Positions 46,544 to 56,212 are shown, counted from the first letter of the stretch. The stretch: DNA of 64,000 nucleotides from Rhizomicrobium sp. (GCA_035549455.1 DASZQW010000032.1:46960-110959); one strand, 5' to 3'. Notes: a model not told the origin generated them from the letters alone. Program-made: numbers and translations.

Positions 46544-49426
46544 ATGGCTATTGGCGGAATCGACTCCTCGGTGCTGCTGGGACTTTACCAGTCCCAGCTT
46601 GCCTCCAGCCCGTCGGCCATCGCTGCCGTCAACAGCCAGATCGCCCAGGCCCGCGCCGCCCAGAACAAGGGCGCGACGGCAGCCGACAATCCGCCCTGGA
46701 ACACGCCGATCAAGGCCAATGCGGCGCAGGACGCCAAGGTCCTTTCCACCACCAATTTCCTTGATACTTCCAATGTGCCGCTGACCGCGGGCGTCACCAC
46801 CGACGCCAAGATGGAGCAGGACAACCAGAAGCTCTTCTCGCTCTACAGCGCGGTGAACACGCTGGCCTATCTCGCCAAGATGGCGCAGAGCGGAACGGCG
46901 ACCAGCGGCCAGCTGGCGGGCCTCAACACCCGCTTCCAGACCGGCCTGGCCCAGGTGCAGAAATATCTCTCCTCCACCGCCTTCAACAATTTCAACCTGC
47001 AGGCGGCCAAGCCGTCGGACACCGCCACGGCCAGCGCCTCCATCGCTTTCAGCGGCTTCACCTATTCGACCAAGCAGCTTGTCACCAACGCCAATCTCGA
47101 CGCCGCCATGCCGGGCCTGTCGGCCAGCGACAGTTTCACCATCGCCGTCAAGAAGGGCGGCGTCACCACCAATGTGCCGATCGACCTTTCCCAGGTGCCG
47201 GGCACACTCAGCCTGGGCAACATTGTCAGCTACATCAACGGCCAGCTGGCGGCGGGCGGCTTTTCCACCCGCTTCCAGAAGACCCAGAGCGGCGGCACCA
47301 CCACCTCCGACGCCACCGCCACCTATGGGCTGCAGATCACGCCGGGCGGCACCGAACAAGTGTCGCTGTCGGCCAGCGCCACGCCGTCGCTCTACATGGT
47401 GGGCAATTCGGGCCTGGCCACCGAAACCAACACCATCACCAACGCCGCCACTTCGGCCACCACCACAACCGCAGCGGACCAGGCGGGCCGCCTGACCAAG
47501 CTGTCGGGTATCGACGGTTCGCCCAGCGCCAGCTTCAGCGTCAACCAGGCCTCCACCACCGGCACCACCACGGCCCAGGCGACCCAGGTGGATTCCTCGG
47601 GCAACATCTATGTGGTGGGCACCGCCACCGGCAATTTCGGCAACCAGCTCAACCAGGGCTCGCAGGACGTCTATCTCACCAAGTATGATTCCGCCGGCCA
47701 TGTGGTGTGGCAGAATCTGCTGGGCTCGGGCGGCAGCGCCAGCGGCTATGGCCTGGCGCTGGACCCGTCGGGCGGCGTGGTCGTCACGGGTGCCTCCACC
47801 GCCGACCTCACCACCAGCTCGGTCGCCGACGGCAATAATGATTCCTTCGTGGCGCGCTATGACGCCAATGGCGAGCAGAGCTGGATCAAGCAGATCCAGA
47901 CCCTGGCCACCAACCAGTCCAATGCCGTCAGTATCGATGCCGCAGGCAACATCTATATCGGCGGCAGCGTCTCGGGCGGGGTGATCGGCGCGGGCCAGAC
48001 CGCGCTGGGCAAGGGCGACGCCTTCCTCGCCAAGTTCGATTCCAAAGGCAAGCTGCTGGCCGAAAACCAGTTCGGCACCACCGGCAGCGACAGTGTCGCG
48101 GCCACCGCCACCGACGCCAGCGGCAACCTGTTCGTCGCCAGCGTGCAGAACGGCCATGCCACCATTTCCAAATATGCCGGCGGCGACATCACCGCCGCGC
48201 CCGTCTGGTCGCAGGATCTGGGCGACATGGCGGCGGGCGGCGCCATCGGCGGCCTGACGGTCGCGAACGGCAAGGTCTATGTCTCGGGCTCGACCAGCAA
48301 CGCCAATCTGACCGCCGGCGGCCAGGCCACCATTATGACGCCCGCCAGCGGCGGCATCGATGCCTTTGTCGCCACCCTCAGCGACAATGGCGCCAGCGCC
48401 AGCGCCAATACCACCAGCTATATCGGCACCGGCGGCAGCGACACGGCGGGCGGCGTTACGGTCGCGTCTGACGGCACCATCTATGTCACCGGCTCCACCA
48501 CCGGCAGCTTTGCCGGCGCCCAGCGCAGCGTGCAGAATGTCTCCAATGCCTTCGCCACGGCGCTGAACGCCGACGGCACCGTGAAATGGACCAAGCAGTT
48601 CGGCGGCGCCGACGGCGTCTCGACCGGCGCGGGCCTGGCCATCGACACCAGCGGCTCCAGCGTGCTGGACGCGCTGGGCCTGCCGCGCGGGACGATCCAG
48701 CTCAACCAGTCGGTCGACCTGACCAACCAGACCACCTTGCGCGCCGGCGACAGTTTCCAGCTCCAGATCCAGGGCGTGGCGGCGCGCACCGCCACCATCA
48801 CCATCGTCCAGGGCGAGACCAATGACTCGCTGGTGACCAAGATCAACGCCCAGCTGGGCGGCATCGGCAAGGCCAAGGTGAATTACACCGGCGGCGGCGA
48901 GAATATGCAGATCCAGGTCAATGCCGGCCAGACCGTCAATCTGGTGGCCGGCCCCAAGAATTTCGACGCTTTGGCGCGGCTGGGCATTTCCGCCGGTGTC
49001 TTGACCGCACCCGCCAAGGGCAGCGCCGGCACCACCAGCACCACCGGCAGCACCACCAGCAGCACCAAGGTGACGCCGACCTACGGCCTGGGCCTGACCG
49101 GCAGCGTCAACGGGCCATTGGACATCTCGACCAAGAGCGGCGCCAACCTGGCGCGCTCCACGCTTCTGGCCGTGCTGTCCAACATCCAGTCCACCTACCA
49201 AACCTCCAACGCGCCGCCGCCTGCCGCCGCCCGGCCGGGCATTACCGGCGGCACGGCAAGTGCGGCAACCCTGTCGCAGTTGTCCAATTACAGCCTGGCG
49301 CTGGGCCTGATGAACACCGATCCCAACAGCGCCGCCGCCAACATCCAGGCCATCGTCTCCAATGGCGGCAGCAGCAGCAATGGCGCCAGTGCCCTGCTGA
49401 GCGCGCTGCAAGGGCTGGGCGGATAA
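46544..49426 (+). CDS. flaEY: FlaEY-like 960-aa flagellum-associated protein with SBBP/beta-propeller repeats
   Basis: IDSS.LLG.YQ, PPW, KLF.LY and F..GLA.V..Y N-terminus; repeated 'D.SGN.YV.G...D.F..KYD..G...W' blades; size and location match Caulobacter FlaEY from memory. Confidence 0.65.
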   Translation: MAIGGIDSSVLLGLYQSQLASSPSAIAAVNSQIAQARAAQNKGATAADNPPWNTPIKANAAQDAKVLSTTNFLDTSNVPLTAGVTTDAKMEQDNQKLFSLYSAVNTLAYLAKMAQSGTATSGQLAGLNTRFQTGLAQVQKYLSSTAFNNFNLQAAKPSDTATASASIAFSGFTYSTKQLVTNANLDAAMPGLSASDSFTIAVKKGGVTTNVPIDLSQVPGTLSLGNIVSYINGQLAAGGFSTRFQKTQSGGTTTSDATATYGLQITPGGTEQVSLSASATPSLYMVGNSGLATETNTITNAATSATTTTAADQAGRLTKLSGIDGSPSASFSVNQASTTGTTTAQATQVDSSGNIYVVGTATGNFGNQLNQGSQDVYLTKYDSAGHVVWQNLLGSGGSASGYGLALDPSGGVVVTGASTADLTTSSVADGNNDSFVARYDANGEQSWIKQIQTLATNQSNAVSIDAAGNIYIGGSVSGGVIGAGQTALGKGDAFLAKFDSKGKLLAENQFGTTGSDSVAATATDASGNLFVASVQNGHATISKYAGGDITAAPVWSQDLGDMAAGGAIGGLTVANGKVYVSGSTSNANLTAGGQATIMTPASGGIDAFVATLSDNGASASANTTSYIGTGGSDTAGGVTVASDGTIYVTGSTTGSFAGAQRSVQNVSNAFATALNADGTVKWTKQFGGADGVSTGAGLAIDTSGSSVLDALGLPRGTIQLNQSVDLTNQTTLRAGDSFQLQIQGVAARTATITIVQGETNDSLVTKINAQLGGIGKAKVNYTGGGENMQIQVNAGQTVNLVAGPKNFDALARLGISAGVLTAPAKGSAGTTSTTGSTTSSTKVTPTYGLGLTGSVNGPLDISTKSGANLARSTLLAVLSNIQSTYQTSNAPPPAAARPGITGGTASAATLSQLSNYSLALGLMNTDPNSAAANIQAIVSNGGSSSNGASALLSALQGLGG

Positions 49427-49497
49427 GCCGAACGTCCAGTGGACGTTCGGCCCGCCCAGCGCCGCAGTGCCGCGCGGCAAGCGCGGCACGAGGCCGG
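49427..49497. repeat. Palindromic intergenic element between convergent genes (family C, one copy here)
   Basis: Perfect GCCGAACGTCC-AGT-GGACGTTCGGC and GTGCCGCGC-GGCAA-GCGCGGCAC hairpins. Confidence 0.6.
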
Positions 49498-49566
49498 GAC
49501 GAAGCCTGGCACCTCAGAATCAGTGGACCTTATTGTCCGCCCGAACGCGCGAAGCGCCGCGGATCG

Positions 49567-50001
49567 TCAAACGACTTTATTGAAAACCATGGCTCCGGCC
49601 GATTGCGGCGCATGGCCGGGACGCGGGCCATAGGTGCGGGCCGGGGCGTTGGCGCGTTCCACTTCGGCGGCGATGGCGCGAACCATGCCCTCGCTGGCAT
49701 TCTTGACCCGCGCGATCATGCGGGCATGAAGCTGCAAGACCTCGCGGAATTTCGCGGTGATGGCGACGAAGCGCTGGCGCAGGGTAGGGGGCGCGGCCTG
49801 GGCGATACGCGGGTCAAAGCCCTGGGCCTCGCGGCCATACAGCGCCGACAGCTTCTGGATCTCCGGATCATTGGTGCTGAGGGCGGCGGTCCTGCCGTCC
49901 TTCAGGCAGGCAATGTCGTTTTCCAGCGCGGCGATCAGCCTTTCGGCCAGCGAGATCAGGCGCTCGATGCGGGGCGCATCCTGCATTTTGCCATCCGTCA
50001 T
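49567..50001 (-). CDS. FlgN/FlbY-like flagellar chaperone
   Basis: Helical 144-aa protein, third gene after flgI-flgJ; L.E.L...L..E, K..L...Y and A.TYG patterns. Confidence 0.6.
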   Translation of the reverse strand: MTDGKMQDAPRIERLISLAERLIAALENDIACLKDGRTAALSTNDPEIQKLSALYGREAQGFDPRIAQAAPPTLRQRFVAITAKFREVLQLHARMIARVKNASEGMVRAIAAEVERANAPARTYGPRPGHAPQSAGAMVFNKVV

Positions 50002-50330
50002 TGGCTCGTCGCCTGTTGATACTTCATCAGTTCGGCCTGCATGTGGCTGGCCAGGCCGAAGCCGCCGCGCGCCGTCAGGCCCTTGGCATACTGGTCGATC
50101 ATCATGGAGCGGAACATTTCCTCACCCTCGCCGCCGCCGGTGATGCCGTCGGTCTTGATGCCGGAAAACATCGAACCCAGGAACTGGGAGATGAAGACGC
50201 TTTCATATTCCTTTGACACCGCCGCGGCCTTGGCGGCGTCGAGATTGGCGCCCGCCTTGGGCAGCACCGGCATCGCCGGCTGCTGGGCGGCGAACATGGC
50301 AGACTGGGCAGAAGAGGTCGCGTCCATCAT
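49998..50330 (-). CDS. flgJ: Single-domain FlgJ (rod-binding, no muramidase)
   Basis: EYESVFISQFL..MF, GGGEGEEMFRSMM.DQYAK...GGFGLA motifs. Confidence 0.88.
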   Translation of the reverse strand: MMDATSSAQSAMFAAQQPAMPVLPKAGANLDAAKAAAVSKEYESVFISQFLGSMFSGIKTDGITGGGEGEEMFRSMMIDQYAKGLTARGGFGLASHMQAELMKYQQATSQ

Positions 50331-50337
50331 GCCCCCC

Positions 50338-51468
50338 TTAACCAATGACCTGGATGTCGGCCTGCAGCGCGCCCGCCGCCTTGATGGCCTGCAGGATGGA
50401 GATGATGTCGCGCGGACCCACCCCCAGCGCGTTCAGGCCATCGACCAGATGCTGCAGCGATACGCCGTCATGGACGACGGTCATCTTGTTGCCCTTGCTG
50501 TCGTCGATCTGGATGTTGGTGCGCGGCACGAGCTGGGTGGTGCCGGTGTTGGAGAAGGGCGAGGGCTGCGACACCTGCGGCGTCTCCGTGACTTTGATCG
50601 TCAAGTTGCCCTGGGCGATGGCGATGGTGGAGATGCGCACATCCGCGCCCATCACGATCACGCCCGAATTCTCGTCGATCACCACCTTGGCGGGCTGGTC
50701 GGGATCGACCTTGACCTGCTCGATGTCGGTCAGCAGCGCCATGACGCCGCCCGGATAGTTGGCGGGCACGGACAGTTCGACATTGCTGGGATCGGTGGCC
50801 TGGGCGGTGTTGCCGCCCAGATAGGCGTTGACCGCCTTGGCGATGCGGCTGGCGGTGGTGAGGTCGGGATTGTGCAGCGACAGCTTCAGGCTGCTCATGC
50901 TGGCCAGCTTGAAGCCGGTGTCCTTTTCCACGATGGCGCCGTTGGAGATGCGCCCCGCCGTGGGTACGCCGCGCGTCACGCTGGAGGCGTCGCCCTGGGC
51001 GGAGAAGCCGCCGATCGCGACCGGGCCCTGGCCCAGCGCATAGATTTGGCCGTCGGCGCCGAACAAGGGCGTCACCAGAAGCGTGCCGCCCTGCAAATTC
51101 TTGGCGTCGCCCATCGCCGAAACCGAGATGTCGATCTTGGTGCCGGGCGCGGCAAAGCCGGGAAGCGAGGCGGTGACCATCACGGCAGCGACATTCTTGG
51201 TCTGCATCACCTGGCCGCGGGTGTTGACGCCCAGCCGCTCCAGCATGGTCTGGATCGACTGCTGGGTGAAGGGCGCGTTCTTCAGGCTGTCGCCGGTGCC
51301 GTTCAGGCCGACCACCAGGCCATAGCCGACCAGCATATTGTCGCGGATGCCCTGGACCTCGATCAGATCCTTGACGCGGCTGAAGGCCAGAACCGGCGCG
51401 GGCGCGGCCGCAATGGCGGCTCCCACGAACAAGGCGGCAAGACGAAGATAATAAGGTGCGCGGCGCAT
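50338..51468 (-). CDS. flgI: Flagellar P-ring protein
   Basis: RVKDL...GIRDN.LVGYGLVVGL.GTGD, KNVAAVMVTA.LP and ILQAIKAAGALQA motifs. Confidence 0.97.
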   Translation of the reverse strand: MRRAPYYLRLAALFVGAAIAAAPAPVLAFSRVKDLIEVQGIRDNMLVGYGLVVGLNGTGDSLKNAPFTQQSIQTMLERLGVNTRGQVMQTKNVAAVMVTASLPGFAAPGTKIDISVSAMGDAKNLQGGTLLVTPLFGADGQIYALGQGPVAIGGFSAQGDASSVTRGVPTAGRISNGAIVEKDTGFKLASMSSLKLSLHNPDLTTASRIAKAVNAYLGGNTAQATDPSNVELSVPANYPGGVMALLTDIEQVKVDPDQPAKVVIDENSGVIVMGADVRISTIAIAQGNLTIKVTETPQVSQPSPFSNTGTTQLVPRTNIQIDDSKGNKMTVVHDGVSLQHLVDGLNALGVGPRDIISILQAIKAAGALQADIQVIG

Positions 51469-51502
51469 TCGGGCTTCTGCCTTCTTGGGTCGCGTGCGTC
51501 CT

Positions 51503-51605
51503 TGCCAGAAATGTGCCGTAGGGCCTTGGAAATTATTCCAATTGAATCAATGCCTTGAACACTGTTCGGAACCCCGCTCGGGGCCTGTCGGCAAGCTTTG
51601 CCGGT
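51503..51605 (-). promoter_or_regulatory. sigma54 promoter and ftr-like site of the flgI operon
   Basis: Minus strand CGGCAC-ATTTC-TGGCA (51503-51518); dyad GTCGGCAAGCTTTGCCGGT (51587-51605). Confidence 0.7.
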
Positions 51606-51892
51606 CCCAAGCTGCCGCCGCCCGGGCCTTTCATGCCCAAGGCCGGAAAAGCGGCGAATACCGCCGTGAATCCGGCCACCATATATAAGGAGGCTGCCGG
51701 CCGCCCCGGGCGCCCGTCCGCGCAAGCTGTCGCTGCCACGCAGCGCAGCGCGGAACGATGGCGACGACCTGCAATTTCGGACCGGCACGGCGCCACACCC
51801 GGCGGCGCGCCGGTCGCTGGTGATCTGGGCCCGAGTTCCGATAGACAGGCGCAGGCCCGCTTCCTATTTTGCCTTTCACGGATTGGGATTTG

Positions 51893-52051
51893 ATGATGGC
51901 GCGTACCGCTTTGCTTTGCATCCTGGATGGTTGGGGCCCCGGCGGCGGATGCCGCCCATCGAACCCCGGCGGCGGATGCCGCCCATCGAACACCGGCGGC
52001 GGATGCCGCCCATTGATTAAGGCCAACCCCTGCAGCGAGGCGCCGGCATGA
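51893..52051 (+). other. Upstream ORF carrying a duplicate of gpmI codons 1-14 plus a repeat-encoded tail, with its stop overlapping the gpmI start
   Basis: Reads MMARTALLCILDGWG-(PGGGCRPSN)x~3-...APA*; TGA 52049-52051 overlaps ATG 52048. Confidence 0.85.
51937..52017. repeat. Three tandem 27-bp REP-like hairpin units (CCCCGGCGGCGGATGCCGCCCATCGAA)
   Basis: Units at 51937/51964/51991, each with a GGCGGC-GGAT-GCCGCC stem-loop. Confidence 0.95.
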
Positions 52052-53595
52052 CCCGTACGGCGCTTCTTTGCATCCTGGATGGTTGGGGTTGGCGTCCGGG
52101 TGATGATCCTGACAACGCCATCGCCGCCGCCACGACGCCCAACTACACGCGCCTGCTCGCGGACTGCCCCCATGCCCTGCTGGCGACCTCGGGCAATGCG
52201 GTCGGCCTGCCCAAGGGACAGATGGGCAATTCCGAAGTGGGGCACATGAATATCGGCGCCGGCCGGGTGGTGGCCCAGGACCTGCCGCGCATCGACATGG
52301 CAATCGAGGATGGCAGCCTGGCGCGCCGCCCGGTGCTGCTGGCGCTCATCGATAACGTGAAGACAAACAAGCGCGCCGTGCATGTGATGGGCCTGATGTC
52401 GCCCGGCGGGGTTCATTCCCACCAGGATCATATCGCCGCCCTGGTGAAAATCCTCAGCAGCGCCGGCGTGCCGGTGTTCGTCCATGCCTTCCTTGATGGC
52501 CGCGACACCCCACCCAAAAGCGCGCGCGGCTATGTCGAGAAATTCCTGTCCGACATTGCCGGGCTGGCCGGGGTGCGGCTCGCCACATGCTCGGGCCGCT
52601 ATTACGCCATGGACCGCGACAAGCGCTGGGACCGGGTGGAGAAGTGCTATGCCGCGATGGCCGAGGCCTCGGGTCGCCGCTTTGACGACGCCTTTGCCGC
52701 CCTCGAGTCCAGCTATGCCGAGGATGTCACCGACGAGTTCGTTGTGCCCTGCGCCCTGGGCGACTATGCGGGGATCGAGGATGGCGACGCGCTGCTGTTC
52801 GCCAATTTCCGCGCCGACCGGGCGCGCGAGATTTGCACCGCGCTTTTGGACAAGTCCTTTGCGGGCTTTGTGCGCCCGCGCGCCGTCACCTTCGGGGCGG
52901 CAGCGGGCCTGACGGAATATTCCGATGCGCTGAGGCCCTTGATGACGGCGATCTTCCCGCCGGAAGATGTGCGCGAGACCCTGGGCGAAGTGATCGCGCA
53001 GGCCCATAAAAAGCAGCTGCGCATCGCCGAGACCGAGAAATACGCCCATGTCACCTTCTTCCTGAATGGCGGACGCGAGCAGGTGTTCGAGGGCGAGGAC
53101 CGCATCCTGGTGCCAAGCCCCAAAGTGGCGACCTATGACCAGCAGCCGGAAATGAGCGCCTATCAGGTGACCGACAAACTGGAAGCGGCGATCCTGTCGG
53201 AAAAATACGACCTCATCGTCTGCAACTATGCCAATCCCGACATGGTGGGCCATACCGGGGTGATGGCGGCGGCGGTCAAGGCGGTCGACGTCATCGATGA
53301 ATGTCTGGGGCGGCTGGTGACGGCGCTGAAGAAAGTGGACGGCGTCATGCTGCTCACTGCCGATCACGGTAATATCGAGATGATGAAGGACCCCAAGACC
53401 CACGAGCCCTATACCGCCCACACCATGCTGGATGTGCCGATCATCGCCTATGGCGCGCCCAAGGGCGTGAGCCTGGAAAATGGCCGGCTGGCCGATGTCG
53501 CGCCCACGCTGCTGGCGCTGATGGGCCTGGCAAAGCCGGACCTGATGACCGGCCATTCGCTGCTGGCCCAGAGCCAAAAAAGACAGGGCGCGTGA
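52048..53595 (+). CDS. gpmI: 2,3-bisphosphoglycerate-independent phosphoglycerate mutase
   Basis: ILDGWG, GQMGNSEVGH.NIGAGR, GGVHSH, GRYYAMDRD.RW, AETEKYAHVTFF, NYANPDMVGHTG and TADHGN motifs. Confidence 0.97.
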   Translation: MTRTALLCILDGWGWRPGDDPDNAIAAATTPNYTRLLADCPHALLATSGNAVGLPKGQMGNSEVGHMNIGAGRVVAQDLPRIDMAIEDGSLARRPVLLALIDNVKTNKRAVHVMGLMSPGGVHSHQDHIAALVKILSSAGVPVFVHAFLDGRDTPPKSARGYVEKFLSDIAGLAGVRLATCSGRYYAMDRDKRWDRVEKCYAAMAEASGRRFDDAFAALESSYAEDVTDEFVVPCALGDYAGIEDGDALLFANFRADRAREICTALLDKSFAGFVRPRAVTFGAAAGLTEYSDALRPLMTAIFPPEDVRETLGEVIAQAHKKQLRIAETEKYAHVTFFLNGGREQVFEGEDRILVPSPKVATYDQQPEMSAYQVTDKLEAAILSEKYDLIVCNYANPDMVGHTGVMAAAVKAVDVIDECLGRLVTALKKVDGVMLLTADHGNIEMMKDPKTHEPYTAHTMLDVPIIAYGAPKGVSLENGRLADVAPTLLALMGLAKPDLMTGHSLLAQSQKRQGA

Positions 53596-54890
53596 AGCGG
53601 GCCGCATTTTTTCTTGCCGCATTGCTGGCCGCGCCGGCCTTGGCCAGGACGGCCGCCTATAAGCGCGTCGATGTCCTCCTCCCCACGCCCCGGCCGCAAA
53701 CAAAGACCGCCCAAGCGCCGGAACCGGCCATCGACCTCAGCCATGCTTTGCCGGGCAAGGCGATGGCCAAGATGCCTTCCAGCGCCCGGCAGCTGCAAAG
53801 CCTGTCGCGCGAACTGAAAAAAGCGACGCCGCAGCTTGCCAGCGCCAAGGAAAAAAGCGACGCCCTGGCAGCCCAGGCCGCCAGCCTGCGCAAAAAGCTG
53901 ATCGACACCGCGGCGCGGATCGAAAGTCTGGAGCGCGCCCGCATCGACGCCGACGCGCAGATCCAAGGATTGGAAGCGCAGAATGCGCGCCTCAGCGCCG
54001 GCTTCGCCAATGACCGGGTGGCGGTGACCAAGCTGCTGGCGGTCCTTGAAAGATTGCAGCATGACATGCCGCCCGCTTTGGCGATGCGGCCCGACGATGC
54101 CCTGGGCGCGGCGCGCGGCTCCATGCTGGTGGGGGCCTCGCTGCCGCCGGTCTATGCCCAGGCGGCACGCCTGTCGCGCCGGATCGATGCCCTCAAGCGC
54201 ACCCGCATGGCGCTGGAGCGCCAGCGCCGCGAAGCCGCCGACACCGGCGCGCGGCTCACCATCGCCCGCGCCGATCTCGACACCCTGCTGGCCGAGAAGG
54301 AGCGCGAAGCCGCCGGCGCGGCGCAAAGCTATGGCAGCCTGAAGACCCAGCTGGATCAGGTGGCGCGCCAGGCCGCCGACTTCCAGGCGCTGCTGGCCCG
54401 GGTGCGGCAGCTGCGCCAAAGCGGGGCGGGGGGCGAAGGGGTGGTCACCGTCACCGCCGGCAATGCCGGTTCCCTGAACGCCCTGGCCAGGAACTCGCTG
54501 CTGCAACCGGTGGTCGGGACGGTCGTGGCGGGGGCGGACAAGGGCAATCCGGGGATTTCCTATGCCACAAGGCCCCTGGCCCAGGTCATCACCCCCGCCG
54601 ACGGCAAGGTTCTTTACGCCGCTCCTTACCATAAGAGCGGACAAGTCTTGATCCTGGAGATAACCACTGGCTACGATGTGGTCCTGGCGGGTTTGGGCCG
54701 CGTGACGGTAAAGCCGAATGATCAGTTGCTGGCGGGCGAGCCGGTCGGTTCCATGCCCGCCGACGGACAGGATTCTCGGCTTTATTTTGAAATTCGTCAT
54801 GGCGGTCATGGTCAAAATCCCGCACCGTGGCTCAGGCTCAATTTGCGCCCCGCTTTTGGCCCCGGGTATGGAAAGGCGAACAGGACATGA
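53592..54890 (+). CDS. envC: Murein hydrolase activator EnvC family (coiled coil + degenerate M23)
   Basis: Signal peptide, long coiled coil, V.TPADG.V.YA and LYFEIR motifs; lies between gpmI and S41. Confidence 0.8.
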   Translation: MKRAAFFLAALLAAPALARTAAYKRVDVLLPTPRPQTKTAQAPEPAIDLSHALPGKAMAKMPSSARQLQSLSRELKKATPQLASAKEKSDALAAQAASLRKKLIDTAARIESLERARIDADAQIQGLEAQNARLSAGFANDRVAVTKLLAVLERLQHDMPPALAMRPDDALGAARGSMLVGASLPPVYAQAARLSRRIDALKRTRMALERQRREAADTGARLTIARADLDTLLAEKEREAAGAAQSYGSLKTQLDQVARQAADFQALLARVRQLRQSGAGGEGVVTVTAGNAGSLNALARNSLLQPVVGTVVAGADKGNPGISYATRPLAQVITPADGKVLYAAPYHKSGQVLILEITTGYDVVLAGLGRVTVKPNDQLLAGEPVGSMPADGQDSRLYFEIRHGGHGQNPAPWLRLNLRPAFGPGYGKANRT

Positions 54891-56212
54891 AGAAGTTTGC
54901 GTTGGTCGGCCTGGGGCTGGTGGGCGGGTTTGCCGCGGCGATGATCGCGCTGCCGGCGGCGCAAGGCGCCAATGACGCATCCGCCTATGGCCAGCTCGAT
55001 TTGTTCAGCGATGCGTTCGAGCGGGTGCGCGCCAATTATGTGCGCCCGGTCAAGGACAGCGAGCTGATTGACGCCGCCATTCAGGGCATGGTGTCCAACC
55101 TTGATCCCCATTCCAGTTACATGGACGCCAAGCAGTATGGCGACATGCAGGTCACGACCAAGGGCCAGTTCGGCGGCGTCGGCATCGAAGTCACCCAGGA
55201 AGACGGGCTGATCAAGGTGATCAGCCCCATCGACGGCACACCTGCGTCGCGCGCCGGCATCAAGTCAGGCGACCGCATCGCCGGCATCGACGGCTCCTCC
55301 ATCGCCGGCCTGGCGCTGAACGATGCCATCGACAAGATGCGCGGACCCGCCGGCAGCAAGATCACGCTGACCATCCTGCGCGAGGGCGAGAAAAAGCCCT
55401 TCGACGTCACGCTGGTCCGCGCCATCGTCTCGGTCGATGCCGCGACCTGGCGGCGCGAAGGCGATATCGGCTATATCCGCATGCCCGGCTTCAACGAACA
55501 GACCGCCGAGGGACTGGAGCGCGCGGTGCGCGACCTCAAGAAGCAGATCGGCCCCGGCCTCAAGGGCTATGTGCTCGATCTTCGCAACAATCCCGGCGGG
55601 CTGCTCGACCAGGCCATCCAGGTGTCGGATGATTTCCTGACCTCGGGCGAGATCGTTTCCACCCGCGGCCGTCACGCCGACGACACCCAGCGCTATGACG
55701 CCAAGTCGGGCGACATCACCGACGGCAAGCCGGTCGTGGTGCTGATCAATGCCGGCACCGCCAGCGCGTCCGAAATCGTCTCCGGTGCGCTGCAGGATCA
55801 CAAGCGCGCCACCATCATCGGCATGACCAGCTTCGGCAAGGGCTCGGTGCAGACCATCATCCCCCTGGGCGAGGGCCGCGGCGCGCTGCGCCTGACCACG
55901 GCGCGCTACTACACGCCCTCGGGTCACTCGATCCAGGCCCAGGGCATCATCCCCGACATCCAGGTGGCGCAGGGCGACGAAGCCAGCGTGCCCAAGCTGG
56001 CGCGTCCGTCGGAGGCCGATCTGCGCGGCCATCTGTTGGGCGAGCCGATTCCGGCCACGCGCGCCAATGCTCCGGTGATCAAGCCCGCCCCCGGCAGGAA
56101 GTATGACGACTTCCAGCTTTCCTATGCGGAAGACCTGCTGCACGGAAAGATGACGGTCGCCGCCGCCACCACTCCGGCGCCCGACCAGAAATCCGCCGCC
56201 ACGGCGCGTTAA
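54887..56212 (+). CDS. ctpA: S41 carboxyl-terminal processing protease
   Basis: LDPHS.Y, PDZ (FGGVGIEV), DLRNNPGG.L, TASASEI and SFGKGSVQ motifs. Confidence 0.93.
   Translation: MKKFALVGLGLVGGFAAAMIALPAAQGANDASAYGQLDLFSDAFERVRANYVRPVKDSELIDAAIQGMVSNLDPHSSYMDAKQYGDMQVTTKGQFGGVGIEVTQEDGLIKVISPIDGTPASRAGIKSGDRIAGIDGSSIAGLALNDAIDKMRGPAGSKITLTILREGEKKPFDVTLVRAIVSVDAATWRREGDIGYIRMPGFNEQTAEGLERAVRDLKKQIGPGLKGYVLDLRNNPGGLLDQAIQVSDDFLTSGEIVSTRGRHADDTQRYDAKSGDITDGKPVVVLINAGTASASEIVSGALQDHKRATIIGMTSFGKGSVQTIIPLGEGRGALRLTTARYYTPSGHSIQAQGIIPDIQVAQGDEASVPKLARPSEADLRGHLLGEPIPATRANAPVIKPAPGRKYDDFQLSYAEDLLHGKMTVAAATTPAPDQKSAATAR

Noticed and set aside
51555-51893. 112-aa ORF as fliX
   Set aside because: No FliX-like features; low-complexity composition; TTG start without RBS.
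51937-52017. Possible CRISPR array
   Set aside because: 27-bp tandem units without spacers; treated as a REP-like array.
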